A DNA stretch of 64,000 nt, taken from Pristiophorus japonicus. Taxonomy: Eukaryota. The notes under the pieces were generated by a model. It was given only the letters and a program-made list of their open reading frames with translations. It did no database searches and was not told where the DNA came from. Location of the stretch: NCBI RefSeq assembly GCF_044704955.1, contig NC_091980.1:71610001-71674000 (forward strand), read 5' to 3'. Every line of letters starts with the position of its first letter. Position 1 is the first letter of the stretch. Shown here piece after piece: positions 13,556 to 25,937 of this stretch. The translations under genes were made by a program, and so were the position numbers.

Positions 13556-16140
13556 TAGAAACATAGAAACATAGAAAATAGGTGCAGGAGTAGGCCATTC
13601 GGCCCTTCGAGCCAGCACCGCCATTCAATGAGTTCATGGCTGAACATGCAACCTCAGTACCCCATTCCTGCTTTCTCGCCATACCCTTTGATCCCCCTAG
13701 TGGTAAGGACTACATCTAACTCCTTTTTGAATATATCTAACAAATTGGCCTCAACAACTTTCTGTGGTAGAGAATTCCACAGGTTCACAATTCTCTGGGT
13801 GAAGAAGTTTCTCCTCATCTCGGTCCTAAATGACTTACCCCTTATCCTTAGACTGTGACCCCTGGTTCTGGACTTCCCCAACATTGGGAACATTCTTCCT
13901 GCATCTAACCTGTCTAAACCCATCAGAATTTTAAACGTTTCTATGAGATCCCCTCTCATTCTTCTGAACTCCAGTGAATACAAGCCCAGTTGATCCAATC
14001 TTTCTTGATAGGTCAGTCCCGCCATCCCGGGAATCAGTCTGGTGAACCTTCGCTGCATTCCCTCAACAGCAAGAATGTCCTTCCTCAAGTTAGGAGACCA
14101 AAACTGTACACAATACTCTAGGTGTGGCCTCACCAAGGCCCTGTACAACTGTAGCAACACCTCCCTGCCCATGTACTCAAATCCCCTTGCTATGAAGGCC
14201 AACATGCCATTTGCTTTCTTAACCGCCTGCTGTACCTGCATGCCAACCTTCAATGACTGATGTACCATGACACCCAGGTCTCGTTGCACCTCCCCTTTTC
14301 CTAATCTGTCACCATTCAGATAATAGTCTGTCTCTCTGTTTTTACCACCAAAGTGGATAACCTCACATTTATCCACATTATACTTCATCTGCCATGCATT
14401 TGCCCACTCACCTAACCTATCCAAGTCACTCTGCAGCCTCATAGCATCCTCCTCGCAGCTCACACTGCCACCCAACTTAGTGTCATCCGCAAATTTGGAG
14501 ATACTACATTTAATCCCCTCGTCTAAATCATTAATGTACAATTTAAACAGCTGGGGCCCCAGCACAGAACCTTGCGGTACCCCACTAGTCACTGCCTGCC
14601 ATTCTGAAAAGTCCCCATTTACTCCTACTCTTTGCTTCCTGTCTGACAACCAGTTCTCAATCCATGTCAGCACACTACCCCCAATCCCATGTGCTTTAAC
14701 TTTGCACATTAATCTCTTGTGTGGGACCTTGTCGAAAGCCTTCTGAAAGTCCAAATATACCACATCAACTGGTTCTCCCTTGTCCACTCTACTGGAAACA
14801 TCCTCAAAAAATTCCAGAAGATTTGTCAAGCATGATTTCCCTTTCACAAATCCATGCTGACTTGGATCTATCATGTCACCTCTTTCCAAATGCGCTGCTA
14901 TGACATCCTTAATTACTGATTCCATCATTTTGTCCACTACTGATGTCAGGCTGACCGGTCTATAATTCCCTGTTTTCTCTCTCCCTCCTTTTTTAAAAAG
15001 TGGGGTTACATTGGCTACCCTCCACTCCATAGGAACTGATCCAGAGTCTATGGAATGTTGGAAAATGACTGTCAATGCATCTGCTATTTCCAAGGCCACC
15101 TCCTTAAGTACTCTGGGATGCAGTCCATCAGGCCCTGGGGATTTATCGGCCTTCAATCCCATCAATTTCCCCAACACAATTTCCCGACTAATAAGGATTT
15201 CCCTCAGTTCCTCCTCCTTACTAGACCCTCTGACCCCTTTTATATCCGGAAGGTTGTTTGTGTCCTCCTTAGTGAATACCGAACCAAAGTACTTGTTCAA
15301 TTGGTCTGCCATTTCTTTGTTCCCCATTATGACTTCCCCTGATTCTGACTGCAGGGGACCTACATTTGTCTTTACTAACCTTTTTCTCTTTACATATCTA
15401 TAGAAACCTTTGCAGTCCGTCTTAATGTTCCCTGCAAGCTTCCTCTCGTACTCCATTTTCCCTGCCCTAATCAAACCCTTTGTCCTCCTCTGCTGAGTTC
15501 TAAATTTCTCCCAGTCCCCAGGTTCACTGCTATTTCTGGCCAATTTGTATGCCACTTCCTTGGCTTTAATATTATCCCTGATTTCCCTTGATAGCCACGG
15601 TTGAACCACCTTCCCTTTTTTATTTTTACGCCAGACAGGGATGTACAATTGTTGTACTTCATCAATGCGGTCTCTAAATGTCTGCCATTGCCCATCCACT
15701 GTCAACCCCTTAAGTATCATTCGCCAATCTATCCTAGCCAATTCACGCCTCATACCTTCAAAGTTACCCTTCTTTAAGTTCTTTAAGTCTCTGAATTAAC
15801 TGTTTAATTCTCCATCCTAATGTAGAATTCCACCATATTATGGTCACTCTTCCCCAAGGGGCCTCGCACAACGAGATTGCTAATTAATCCTCTCTCATTA
15901 CACAACACCCAGTCTAAGATGGCCTCCCCCCTAGTTGGTTCCTCGACATATTGGTCTAGAAAACCATCCCTTATGCACTCCAGGAAATCCTCCTCCACCG
16001 TATTGCTTCCAGTTTGGTTAGCCCAATCTATGTGCATATTAAAGTCACCCATGATAACTGCTGCACCTTTATTGCATGCACCCCTAATTTCCTGTTTGAT
16101 GCCCTCCCCAACATCATTACTACTGTTTGGAGGTCTGTAC
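13556..16140 (-). mobile_element. Young 5'-truncated CR1 LINE with a 699-aa open ORF2 segment and part of the APE endonuclease
   Basis: ORF 13654-15753 (RT) and 15804-16142 (YRPP, MGDFN, SDH); (TTTCTATG)n tail; same family as 1-2341. Confidence 0.95.
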
Positions 16141-16245
16141 ATTAATTTTATAAAATATTTTATAAAATATTTCCTGTGTTGTCTTGACTGGTGTAAGTAT
16201 AATTTGATGCTTAGATAATTAATGACAGCACTGATTCATATTTAC

Positions 16246-16406
16246 CCAATATCTCTTTAAAATTGTTTGCTTCTAAATCAAACAGAAGTGTTCCCCTTTC
16301 AATGCAGGTACGCAGCTCAAACAAGCTGTGTAAAGGCAGTGTGGTAACATGGGGTTTGCTCCATCTTTCGCCTCCTTCTTCTATTTTTTCCTCAAACTTT
16401 ATCCAC
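16246..16406 (-). CDS. SLC4-like coding exon 2 (161 nt)
   Basis: [53 protein letters not shown], band-3 cytoplasmic domain signature; CAG/GTAAAT; phases fit neighbours. Confidence 0.95.
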
Positions 16407-16549
16407 CTGTGAACAAATAACAGAATGGGCGTTAGAAAATGCATGAGTGCTATTCACTTCAAGAACAATATACTTGCATAGTCAGTTTATACATTGAGCA
16501 CATGAGCTATACAAGTTGCACTTATTAGTACAGAAAAACATTCCAGGGC

Positions 16550-17810
16550 ACTTTAGGAAAATGGACACTGAGCCAACGGAGATATTAGGAGAGTGACCAA
16601 AAGCTTGATCAAAAAGATGGGTTTCAAGGAGTGTTTTAAAGGAGCAGAGAGAAGTAGGGGGGCTTAGGGAAAGAATTCCAGAGAGTGGGATCCACTCAGC
16701 TCAAAACATGACCATTAATAGTGGTACAAAGGGAGGGGAATGCCCAAGAAGCCAGATAGAGAGGCGTGGAGAGTTTGTAGGGGAAGGAGAAGGCTAAAAT
16801 GACAGGGAGGTCCAATCTATAGAGGGATTTAAACACAAGAATAAGAGCTTTAAATTTGAGGCACAGGGTGGGGGTTTGGTTGGGAGCCAATGTTGGCCAG
16901 GAAAGCATTGCAATAATCGAATCTAAAGGTGACAAGGACACGGATGAGGGTTTTAACAGGAGATGGGCTGAGATAAATGCAAAAGTGGCCGATTTTACAG
17001 AGGTGGAAGTCTTTGTAATGTGGCGGATATGGGTCGGAAAGTCAGCTTGAGGTTAAACAAGACACAGAGGTTGTAAATAGACTGATTCAGACAGACAGTG
17101 GCTGCTTAGTCGATGGCAAGGATACGGATTTCTGGTGGGGGCTAAATATAATTGCTTCAATCTTCCTAATATTTAGCTGGTAGATGTTAAAGCTCATTTA
17201 TGTCAGACAAGCATAGAGGCATGAAGGCATCAAGAAAGGTGCCAGAGAGGCAGAGGGGTGTCATCAGCTGATCTCAGGTCTGAAGAGGATGTTGTGAAAG
17301 GGCAGCATACAAATGAGGAAGAGACAATACAACAAAGGTTCACTAGACTGATTCCTGGGATAAGAGGGTTATCCTATAAGGAGAGATTGAATAGAATAGG
17401 GCTATACTCATTGAAGTTTAGAAGAACAAGAGGTGATCTCATTGAAACATACGATTCTGATTGGGCTTGACAGGGTAAATGCTGAGAGCCTGTTTCCTCG
17501 AACTGGAGAGTCTAGAACTAGGGGGGGCATAGTCTCAGGATAAGGGGGCAACCATTTGGAACTGAGAAGAGAAATTTCTTCACTCAAAGGGTTGTGAATC
17601 TTTGCAATTCTCTACCACAGAGGGCTGTGGATGCTCAGTCGTTCAGTCTATTCAAGGCTGAGATCAATAGATTTTTTGTCTCTAAGGGAATCAAGGGATA
17701 TGGGGATCGGGTGGGAAAGTGGAGTGGAGGTTGAAGTAGAGTGAAGGTTGAATGGCGGAGCAGGCTCGAGGAATGTTTGGCCTACTCCTGCTCCTATTTC
17801 TTACGTTCTT
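16550..17810. mobile_element. Old L2/CR1 fragments (minus ~16550-17320, plus ~17325-17810)
   Basis: FKALILVFKSL (L2-like) and QRFTRLIPG..RGDLIETY motifs. Confidence 0.6.
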
Positions 17811-18010
17811 AGGAGGCAGCTACAGATAGATCCTTAGGCGTGTCCCAAGGAATCAGTGCTAGGGTTTAAAGAGAAGCTATTGGTAGAGAGGCTCTGCTTA
17901 TGACCAGATAGGTAAGAGCAGAACCAAGCAAGGGCATTCCCACAAAGCTGGACAACGGACGAGAGGCGTTGGAGGAGGAGGATATGCAGAACCATACACA
18001 CTCTGTATAA

Positions 18011-21000
18011 ACATAAGAATATAAGAATTAGGAACAGGAGTAGGCCATCTAGCCCCTCAAGCCTGCTCCGCCATTCAAAAAGATCATGGCTGATCTGGCC
18101 GTGGACTCAGCTCCACTTACCCGCCTGCTCCCCGTAACCCTTAATTCCCTTATAGGTTAAAAATCTATCTATCTGTGATTTGAATACATTCAATGAGCTA
18201 GCCTCAACTGCTTCCTTGGGCAGAGAATTCCACAGATTCACAACCCTCTGGGAGAAGAAATTCCTTCTCAACTCGGTTTTAAATTGGCACCCCCGTATTT
18301 TGAGGCTGTGCCCCCTAGTTCTAGTCTCCCCGACTAGTGGAAACAACCTCTCTGCCTCTAGCATGTCTATCCCTTTCATTATTTTAAATGTTTCTACAAG
18401 ATCACCCCTCATCCTTCTGAACTCCAACGAGTAAAGACCCAGTCTACTCAATCTATCATCATAAGGTAACCCCCTCATCTCCGGAATCAGCCTAGTGAAT
18501 CGTCTCTGTACCCCCTCCAAAGCTAGTATATCCTTCCTCAAGTAAGGTGACCAAAACTGCACGCTGTACCCCAGGTGCGGCCTCACCAATACCCTGAACA
18601 GTTGCAGCAGGACCTCACTGCTTTTGTACTCCATCCCTCTTGCAATGAAGGCCAACATTCCATTCGCCTTCCTGATTACCTGCTGTACCTGCAAACTAAC
18701 TTTTTGGGATTCATGCGCAAGGACCCCCAGGTCCCTCTGCACCGCAGCATGTTGTAATTTCTCCCCATTCAAATAATATTCCCTTTTACTGTTTTTTTTC
18801 CCCAAGGTGGATGACCTCACATTTTCCGACATTGTATTCCATCTGCCAAACCTTAGCCCATTCGCTTAACCAATCTAAATCTCTTTGCAGCCTCTCTGTG
18901 TCCTCGACACAACCCGCTTCCCCACTAATCCTTGTGTCATCTGCAAATTTTGTTACACTACACTCTGTCCCCTCCTCCAGGTCATCTATGTATATTGTAA
19001 ACAGTTGTGGTCCCAGCAATGATCCCTGTGGCACACCACTAACCACCGATTTCCAACCTGAAAAGGACCCATTTATCCCAACTCTCTGCTTTCTGTTAGC
19101 CAGCCAATTCTCCATCCATGCTAATACATTTCCGCTGACTCCGCGTACCTTTATCTTCTGCAGTAACCTTTTGTGTGGCACCTTATCGCATGCCTTTTGG
19201 AAATCTAAATACACCACATCCATCGGTACACCTCTATCCACCATGCTCGTTATATCCTCAAAGAATTCCAGTAAATTAGTTAAACATGATTTCCCCTTCA
19301 TGAATCCATGTTGTGTCTGCTTGATTGCACTATTCCTATCTAGATGTCCCGCTATTTCTTCCTTAATGATAGCTTCAAGCATTTTCCCCACTACAGATGT
19401 TAAACTAACCAGCCTATAGTTACCTGCCTTTTGTCTGCCCCCTTTTTTAAACAGAGCCGTTACATTAGCTGCTTTCCAATCCACTGGTACCTCCCCAAGT
19501 CCAGAGAATTTTGGTAGATTATAACGAATGCATCTGCTATAACTTCCGCCATCTCTTTTAATACCCTGGGATGCATTTCATCAGGACCAGGGGACTTGTC
19601 TACCTTGAGTCCCATTAGCCTGTCCAGCACTACCTCCCTAGTGATAGTGATTGTCTCAAGGTCCTCCCTTCCCACATTCCCGTGACCAGCAATTTTTGGC
19701 ATGGTTTTTGTGTCTTCCACTGTGAAGACCGAAGCAAAATAATTGTTTAAGGTCTCAGCCATTTCCACATTTCCCATTACTAAATCCCCCTTCTCATCTT
19801 CTAAAGGACCAACATTTACTTTAGTCACTATTTTCCTTTTTATATATCGGTAAAAGCTTTTACTATCTGTTTTTATGTTTTACGCAAGTTTACTTTCATA
19901 ATCTATCTTTCCTTTCTTTATTGCTTTCTTAGTCATACTTTGCTGTCGTTTAAAAATTTCCCAATCTTCTAGTTTCCCACTAACCTTGGCCACCTATACG
20001 CATTGGTTTTTAATTTGATACTCTCCTTTATTTCCTTGGTTATCCACAGCTGGTTATCCCTTCTCTTACCGCCCTTCTTTTTCACTGGAATATATTTTTG
20101 TTGAGCACTATGAAAGAGCTCCTTAAAAGTCCTCCACTGTTCCTCAATTGTGCCTCCGTTTAGTCCATGTTCCCAGTCTACTTTAGCTAACTCTGCCCTC
20201 ATCCCACTGTAGTCCCCTTTGTTAAGCATAGTACGCTCGTTTGAGACACTACTTCCTCACCCTCAATCTGTATTACAAATTCAACCATACTGTGATCACT
20301 CACTCCGAGAGGATCTTTTATTAGGAGATCGTTTATTATTCCTGTCTCATTACACAGGACCAGATCTAAGATAGCTTGCTCCCTTGTAGGTTCTGTAACA
20401 TACTGTTCTAAGAAACAATCCCATATGCATTCTATGAATTCCTCCTCCAGGCTACCCCGTGCGATTTGATTTGACCAATCGATATGTAGGTTAAAATCCC
20501 CCATGATTACTGCCATTCCTTTTTCACATGCCTCTATTATTCCCTTGATTATTGTCCACCCCACCGTGAAGTTATTATTTGGGAGCCTATAAACTATGCC
20601 CACCAGTGTCTTTTTCCCCTTACTATCTCTAATCTCCACCCACAATGATTCAACATTTTGTTCATTAGAGCCAATATCATCTCTCACAACTGCCCTGATA
20701 TCATCCTTTATTAACAGAGCTACCCCACCTCCTTTCCCTTCTTGTCTATCCTTCCGAATTGTCAGATACCCCTGTATGTTTAATTCCCAGTCTTGGCCAC
20801 CCTGCAACCACGTTTCTGTAATGGCCACCAAATCATACCCATTTGTAATGATTTGTGCCGTCAACTCATTTACTTTATTTCGAATGCTGCGTGCATTTAG
20901 GTAGAGTGTTTTAATACTAGCTTTTAAACCATGATTTTTAGTTTTGACCCCTCCTGCAGCCCCTTTATCTTCATACATATTGTCCCTTCTTATCACCTTG

Positions 21001-21771
21001 TGGTTTACACTTACCCCAGTGCTACTCTGCTCTGTTGCCTCCTGTCTTTTGCATTCTTTCTTGGGGTCCTGTTCATCTGCGCTCTCACCCACTCTAACTA
21101 GCTCAGAGCCCTCTCCTGGGTTCCGAATACTCCTTGCATTGAGGCACCGAGCTTTCAGGCTTGCCTTTTTATTACACTTTGACCCTTTAGGATTTTGCTG
21201 TACATTGGCCCTTTTTGTTTTTTGCCTTGGGTTTCTCTGCCCTCCACTTTTACTCATCTCCTTTCTGTCCTTTGCTTCTGTCTCATAGAAACATAGAAAC
21301 ATAGAAAATAGGTGCAGGAGTAGGCCATTCGGCCCTTCTAGTCTGCACCGCCATTCAATGAGTTCATGGCTGAACATGCAACTTCAGTACCCCATTCCTG
21401 CTTTCTCACCAATTTTGTTTCCCTCTGTCTCCCTGCATTGGTTCCCATCCCCCTGCCATATTAGTTTAACTCCTCCCCAACAGCACTAGCAAACACTCTC
21501 CCTAGGACATTGGTTCCGGTCCTGCCCAGGTGCAGACCATCCGGTTTGTACTGGTCCCACTTCCCCCAGAACCAGTTCCAATGCCCCAGGAATTTGAATC
21601 CCTCCCTGCTGCACCACTGCTCAAGCCACGTATTCATCTGCGCTATCCTGCGATTCCTACTCTGACTAGCACGTGGCATTGGTAGCAATCCCGAGATTAC
21701 TACTTTTGAGGTCCTACTTTTTAAATTTAGCTCCTAGCTCCTTAAATTCGTCTCGTAGGACCTCATCCCTT
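18011..21771 (-). mobile_element. Long CR1 LINE of a second family: 3' part of esterase-type ORF1 plus frameshifted APE-RT ORF2
   Basis: ORF1 ...DGLHLGRTGTNVLG (SGNH/GDSL type); APE NARSIRN, ITETW, GDFN, SDH; RT FADD; (TTCTTATG)n tail. Confidence 0.93.
21284..21408 (-). mobile_element. ~125-bp 3' tip of the young CR1 family inserted into the long CR1
   Basis: Near-identical to 13560-13680. Confidence 0.85.
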
Positions 21772-21779
21772 ATGGCAAA

Positions 21780-24434
21780 CTGCAGGTGCTTCCACCAATA
21801 AATTTTTCCTCTTTGCTCCCCTTTTACACTAAAAGCTAACCCTTGTCTCTCTCTTTCATTTCAGCTAGTGAAAATTTGGATGCCCTCTGCCAGTGAAAGA
21901 AGAGGAAGCAGCGTCACTCAATCACACACTGGCACCATGCATACTTTATAGAGACTAGGCTCAATGAAGGGTCTCCACGTGATGAATTACTGGCCACAAG
22001 TGAGCAGGAGCTAAGCCTGGGGGTTAGGATGCCACATGTACCAGCTCAACAGAGGGCGAGATCGCATACAAGCTCTACTGCAGAGGATTCAGATACTGAC
22101 TTCGAGAGCCCATGGTATACTTAGTACACTGGGTAGCCTGCCAGTGAGTTTGTGCAAAAGGACGCAGAGCATGGAGGACGATTCTGTCCAACATGGATCG
22201 AGCAGTCAACTCCATCCACAGGACAGTGGTGCACAGAGTCTTGGAGCCTCTCCTGGCAGCTTACACTGCTGCTATCTTCACTTTGGGGGGGTCAGTGTTG
22301 AGGGGGGCTTCCAGAGTGTCACGTCACTCCTGCATTCTGTTCTCACACAGAGCCACGGGAGTGCTGAGGCAAAGCCTCAGGAGAGTGGTCTTGGCTCCAT
22401 GGGAGAGGCTGTCCTCTGCCACCTACTGCACCAGTGCTCTTATTAGTGCCATACAACTAACTCGGCCAGACTGCTCTGGCTCACACCGAGATGCTGAAAC
22501 CGGGCCCTTAAGGCTCACAGCTGCTCGAGGTTGCCCACCATGGCCATCGAAAGCGTCCTCAATGGAAACTCTGCAGCCTTCCACCTTCCAAGCTGTCGCC
22601 ACTGGGAAACACTCTGTACGAGCACTAGGATAGGTAAACAAGCACACAAGACCGGCACCAAGAGCTTGCACAAGGATGATTCATAATTATCTCTGTTCAC
22701 TGAGACAAAGATGGAATTGAACTGTTTGCTAAAAATTTTTTTGTTCTGGATATGGTATTTATATTAGTAGTGAAGTGAGGGCAAGACCCACAAGGCTGGA
22801 CTGAAGGAAAGCAATTGGATGATGGTAAGGTTGTTATACTGGGGATGGGAGTGAGGGTTGAAGTGAAGCACTCCTCGATGAGCAGCTCCCAGAGCTCTGG
22901 CAGTTAGGGGCAGAGATTGATGGTCGATGCCTCTCCTGCTCTTCCTCCCGCTGCTACCATTCACGTTGACCAGGTGATGGTAAGGGCTGGTCCCGCATGA
23001 TGGCAAAGTTATTCAGCATGCAGCATGCAGCATGTTATATATGCAGACTATAGATATACTCTCTGTGTAGTCACTGTATAGTTGCATAAGATGGATACTT
23101 GTTTACCTGACGTACTATTAATAAGGTTTACACTGTGTATATACTATGCTGGCACCACTAGAGGGTGCAACTGGTGGAGACCGGGATTTTCTGCCCTGGT
23201 GGCAGGGGCTGTATAAAAGGGTAGCCACCACGCAGCTGCCTCACTCTGAAGTTATGAATAAAGGACTAAGGTCACTACAGTTTGAGTGCAACACATTGCC
23301 CTCGTGGAGTCATTCATAAGTACATTGCAGACATAACACAGCAGACAATTACAAATCTGCATACCCGCTCAGGGGTGTACTGCAAAGCTCCTCTTGATTG
23401 ATCCAGGCTGGTGTTTTGGAGCACAAGGCAATTTGAATGCAGTCTATGGCACCTTACATCCTGGGAAAGCCTACCATGCAGGTGAAGCCTACTGCTCTCT
23501 TTTCTTGCTTCTGTCCATAGGGAAGGAGATGTGGAGATGCGGAGATGTGGAGATGTAGGCATTTCTCCTGGTGCAGGAAGGCTTGGTGACCTCCTTGATG
23601 CAGCAGTGGACTGAACTGTGATATGTCACTGATGTTGCCTGTTGCAGCCTGAAAAGAGCCTGTGGCATAAAAGTTAAGGGTCACAGTGACCTTGACAGCC
23701 ATAGACAGTGCTGTCTATGCCTGGGTGTGAGACACAAGTTGTGGCTGCAGCAGGTGACATAGCTCAGTGCCAGCCTCCTTTGTGAAGCAAGGTGCTTCAT
23801 ACATTGCTCTTCAGTGAAGCTGAGGTATTCGAGCTCCGAGTACCCATCATGGGTATGGCCTCTTGAGCAGTGTTCTCCTCCATCCCCTCTTGTCCCAGAT
23901 ACTCCTACTCTCTGCTGTCTTCCTTGCTGCTCCCTGTTGTCCTCTAGCCCCAAAGTCGGCACTACCAGACCGCCCATGACTGCATCAAACTGTTTATAAG
24001 GCAGCCAACAACAATGTAACACCAGCAAGATCTTAGCAGTCAAACTTAACTTTCCAAAGTTAGAACCCAGGCAAAGAAATGCCCAGAAGTTAACCAGCAG
24101 CCTGAAATGACAAACCAGCAACCAACCTTTAAATACTGCATGATTCCTTTAAATAACACTGGTGATGGGTGTTTCCTGTCTCTTAATGTCATGAGTTATT
24201 GGGTGGGTTTAGCATGTGACAGATGTGATGGCATACCAAAATTGGAAAAGAATCCTCCAACAAGCGCAGGATCCTAATTTGAATAAGTTATTCAGAGTTT
24301 TCTATAGTTCTGGTAATCGCTCTGGACTCCTACAGAGAAGCCCAATCCAATATGGTAGGTGGCGCATGTCCAGCTCATATTATGTGCCTGTTTGGCACCT
24401 AAAAATGGGCATGGTGTGATCGAATTTCTAGGCC
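21780..24434 (-). mobile_element. Decayed PIF/Harbinger DNA transposon with HARBI1-like transposase pseudogene
   Basis: AVKVTVTLNFYATGSFQAATGNISDISQ and GFPRM*GAIDC motifs at 23420-23702 with frameshifts; TIR-like GGCCTAGAAATTCG at 24434; left limit uncertain. Confidence 0.7.
23033..23338 (+). mobile_element. Solo LTR (306 bp)
   Basis: TGTTAT...ATAACA termini; exact 5-bp TSD CAGCA (23028-23032, 23339-23343); TATAAAA and AATAAA; shares CCTCGTGGAGT with the Gypsy LTR. Confidence 0.88.
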
Positions 24435-25937
24435 ATAGTCTCTACCTAGGTGACAATGAAATATAAATGCTCCTCGCACCTGTTTTAGAAATAAGGGTGA
24501 GGGCAAGTGAGAGAATAGTTGGTAGTACAGAGAAGATGGCTAGGGTTATCTTTGACCCCAGGATGATTCAACAGTGGTGGGTGGTTTTGGCAGAGGATGG
24601 TTTTGGCCTGATGTGGTCAGCCAGATTGTGATCGATGACTAAGCCAGTTGTGTGCCAGGTATGCACCCCTTTAACAGACCAAGAAGGTCCTAGGTTCCAT
24701 CCCCATTCTATGTTGAGCTAACTGGTGTCATCATGGACACCAGCAGGGATGTTACAATTTGCCTCCTGGTGTAGAGAGGAGAAAATTGCCCAGGGTTCGT
24801 GCTCCTGATTATTATCTAGCAACCCCCTGTGTGGATATCAGGTAAGAACAGGATTGAGCTTGGCAGTCCTGTGTACAAATAGAACAAATATTATGCCAAC
24901 ACTCATTGTCACGGCACATATATGAATAATGGCCTCAGGTGAATTAGGGGAGGATGTGACGTACTATCGCAAAGAATGGGGGATGGGGGGCAGGAGGGAA
25001 AAAAAGATTTAAATTGTGATTTTTTTTTGCCAATTTTATATACAAATACTTAGAAATTACAACGAGGAAACTAAACAGTCTGTGTTGGTATTTACCCTTC
25101 ACGTGAGCATTTTATCCTATATGCTCCTGAATGCACGGACTCATGTTTGCGGTACTGTTTCACAGAGCACTAAACAGTCCTCCAGTATTCCACCAAACTG
25201 TCTGTTCTTCCAAGAGTGCCTGGCTAGCGTGCTGGCAGGCCAGTCAACCATAAAAATATTTACTGTGCAAATTATTGACTTTTTATAAAACATATGAATA
25301 AATGTGTGTGGTAGCTACCATTTTACTCATTAAACAGAAACTTAGATCACCTCACCAGCAGTTTATTGCCGTGCATTTTTATTTCAATAACACTTGTAAC
25401 AGGCACTCACTTCACTTTGAATATGCAGGATATTATAGCTAAACCTAATCATTTTCTCACCTGACATATAAACAACAGGTCACTTTCTGACAGAAGCCTG
25501 TGGTTAGTGATCGAGAGAAGGAATCCTGACTGTTATTTTCTTTCTCAGAGACACAGCTATTGCTGCTCCCAACAGAGATCAGCTAATTTAATGTACAACA
25601 GGAGTCAAACCTGGGGCCTTCGTGGTCTGTATGGCTCAGTACCACACCAGATGGTGCATTCACCCAATGTGCCATCGGTATCGCCTTCTGCATTCACATT
25701 GTTCAGAAGCCTTTGACCACTATAGCTGAGGCTCTGGAAAGTCAATGCATTACGAAAGACCCACTAGGCTAGCTTTACTGCTGAAATAGGGTTATGCAGG
25801 ACTATACAAACAAAGCCCCATGAAAGGAATATTAGAAATAAGTGATTAAAAAGATGAGGCTTCCATGATTTAACGGATAAAGGCACACTGTCTGCTGCAG
25901 TACTAAGCCAAACAGAAGATGCTTTTTGATCCCTGGT

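Noticed and set aside
20199-21377. 392-aa ORF as a novel fusion protein
   Set aside because: Its first ~30 aa come from a 125-bp CR1 3' tip inserted in frame by chance
23314-24121. Host HARBI1 gene
   Set aside because: Multiple frameshifts and stops plus a solo LTR insertion; transposon relic
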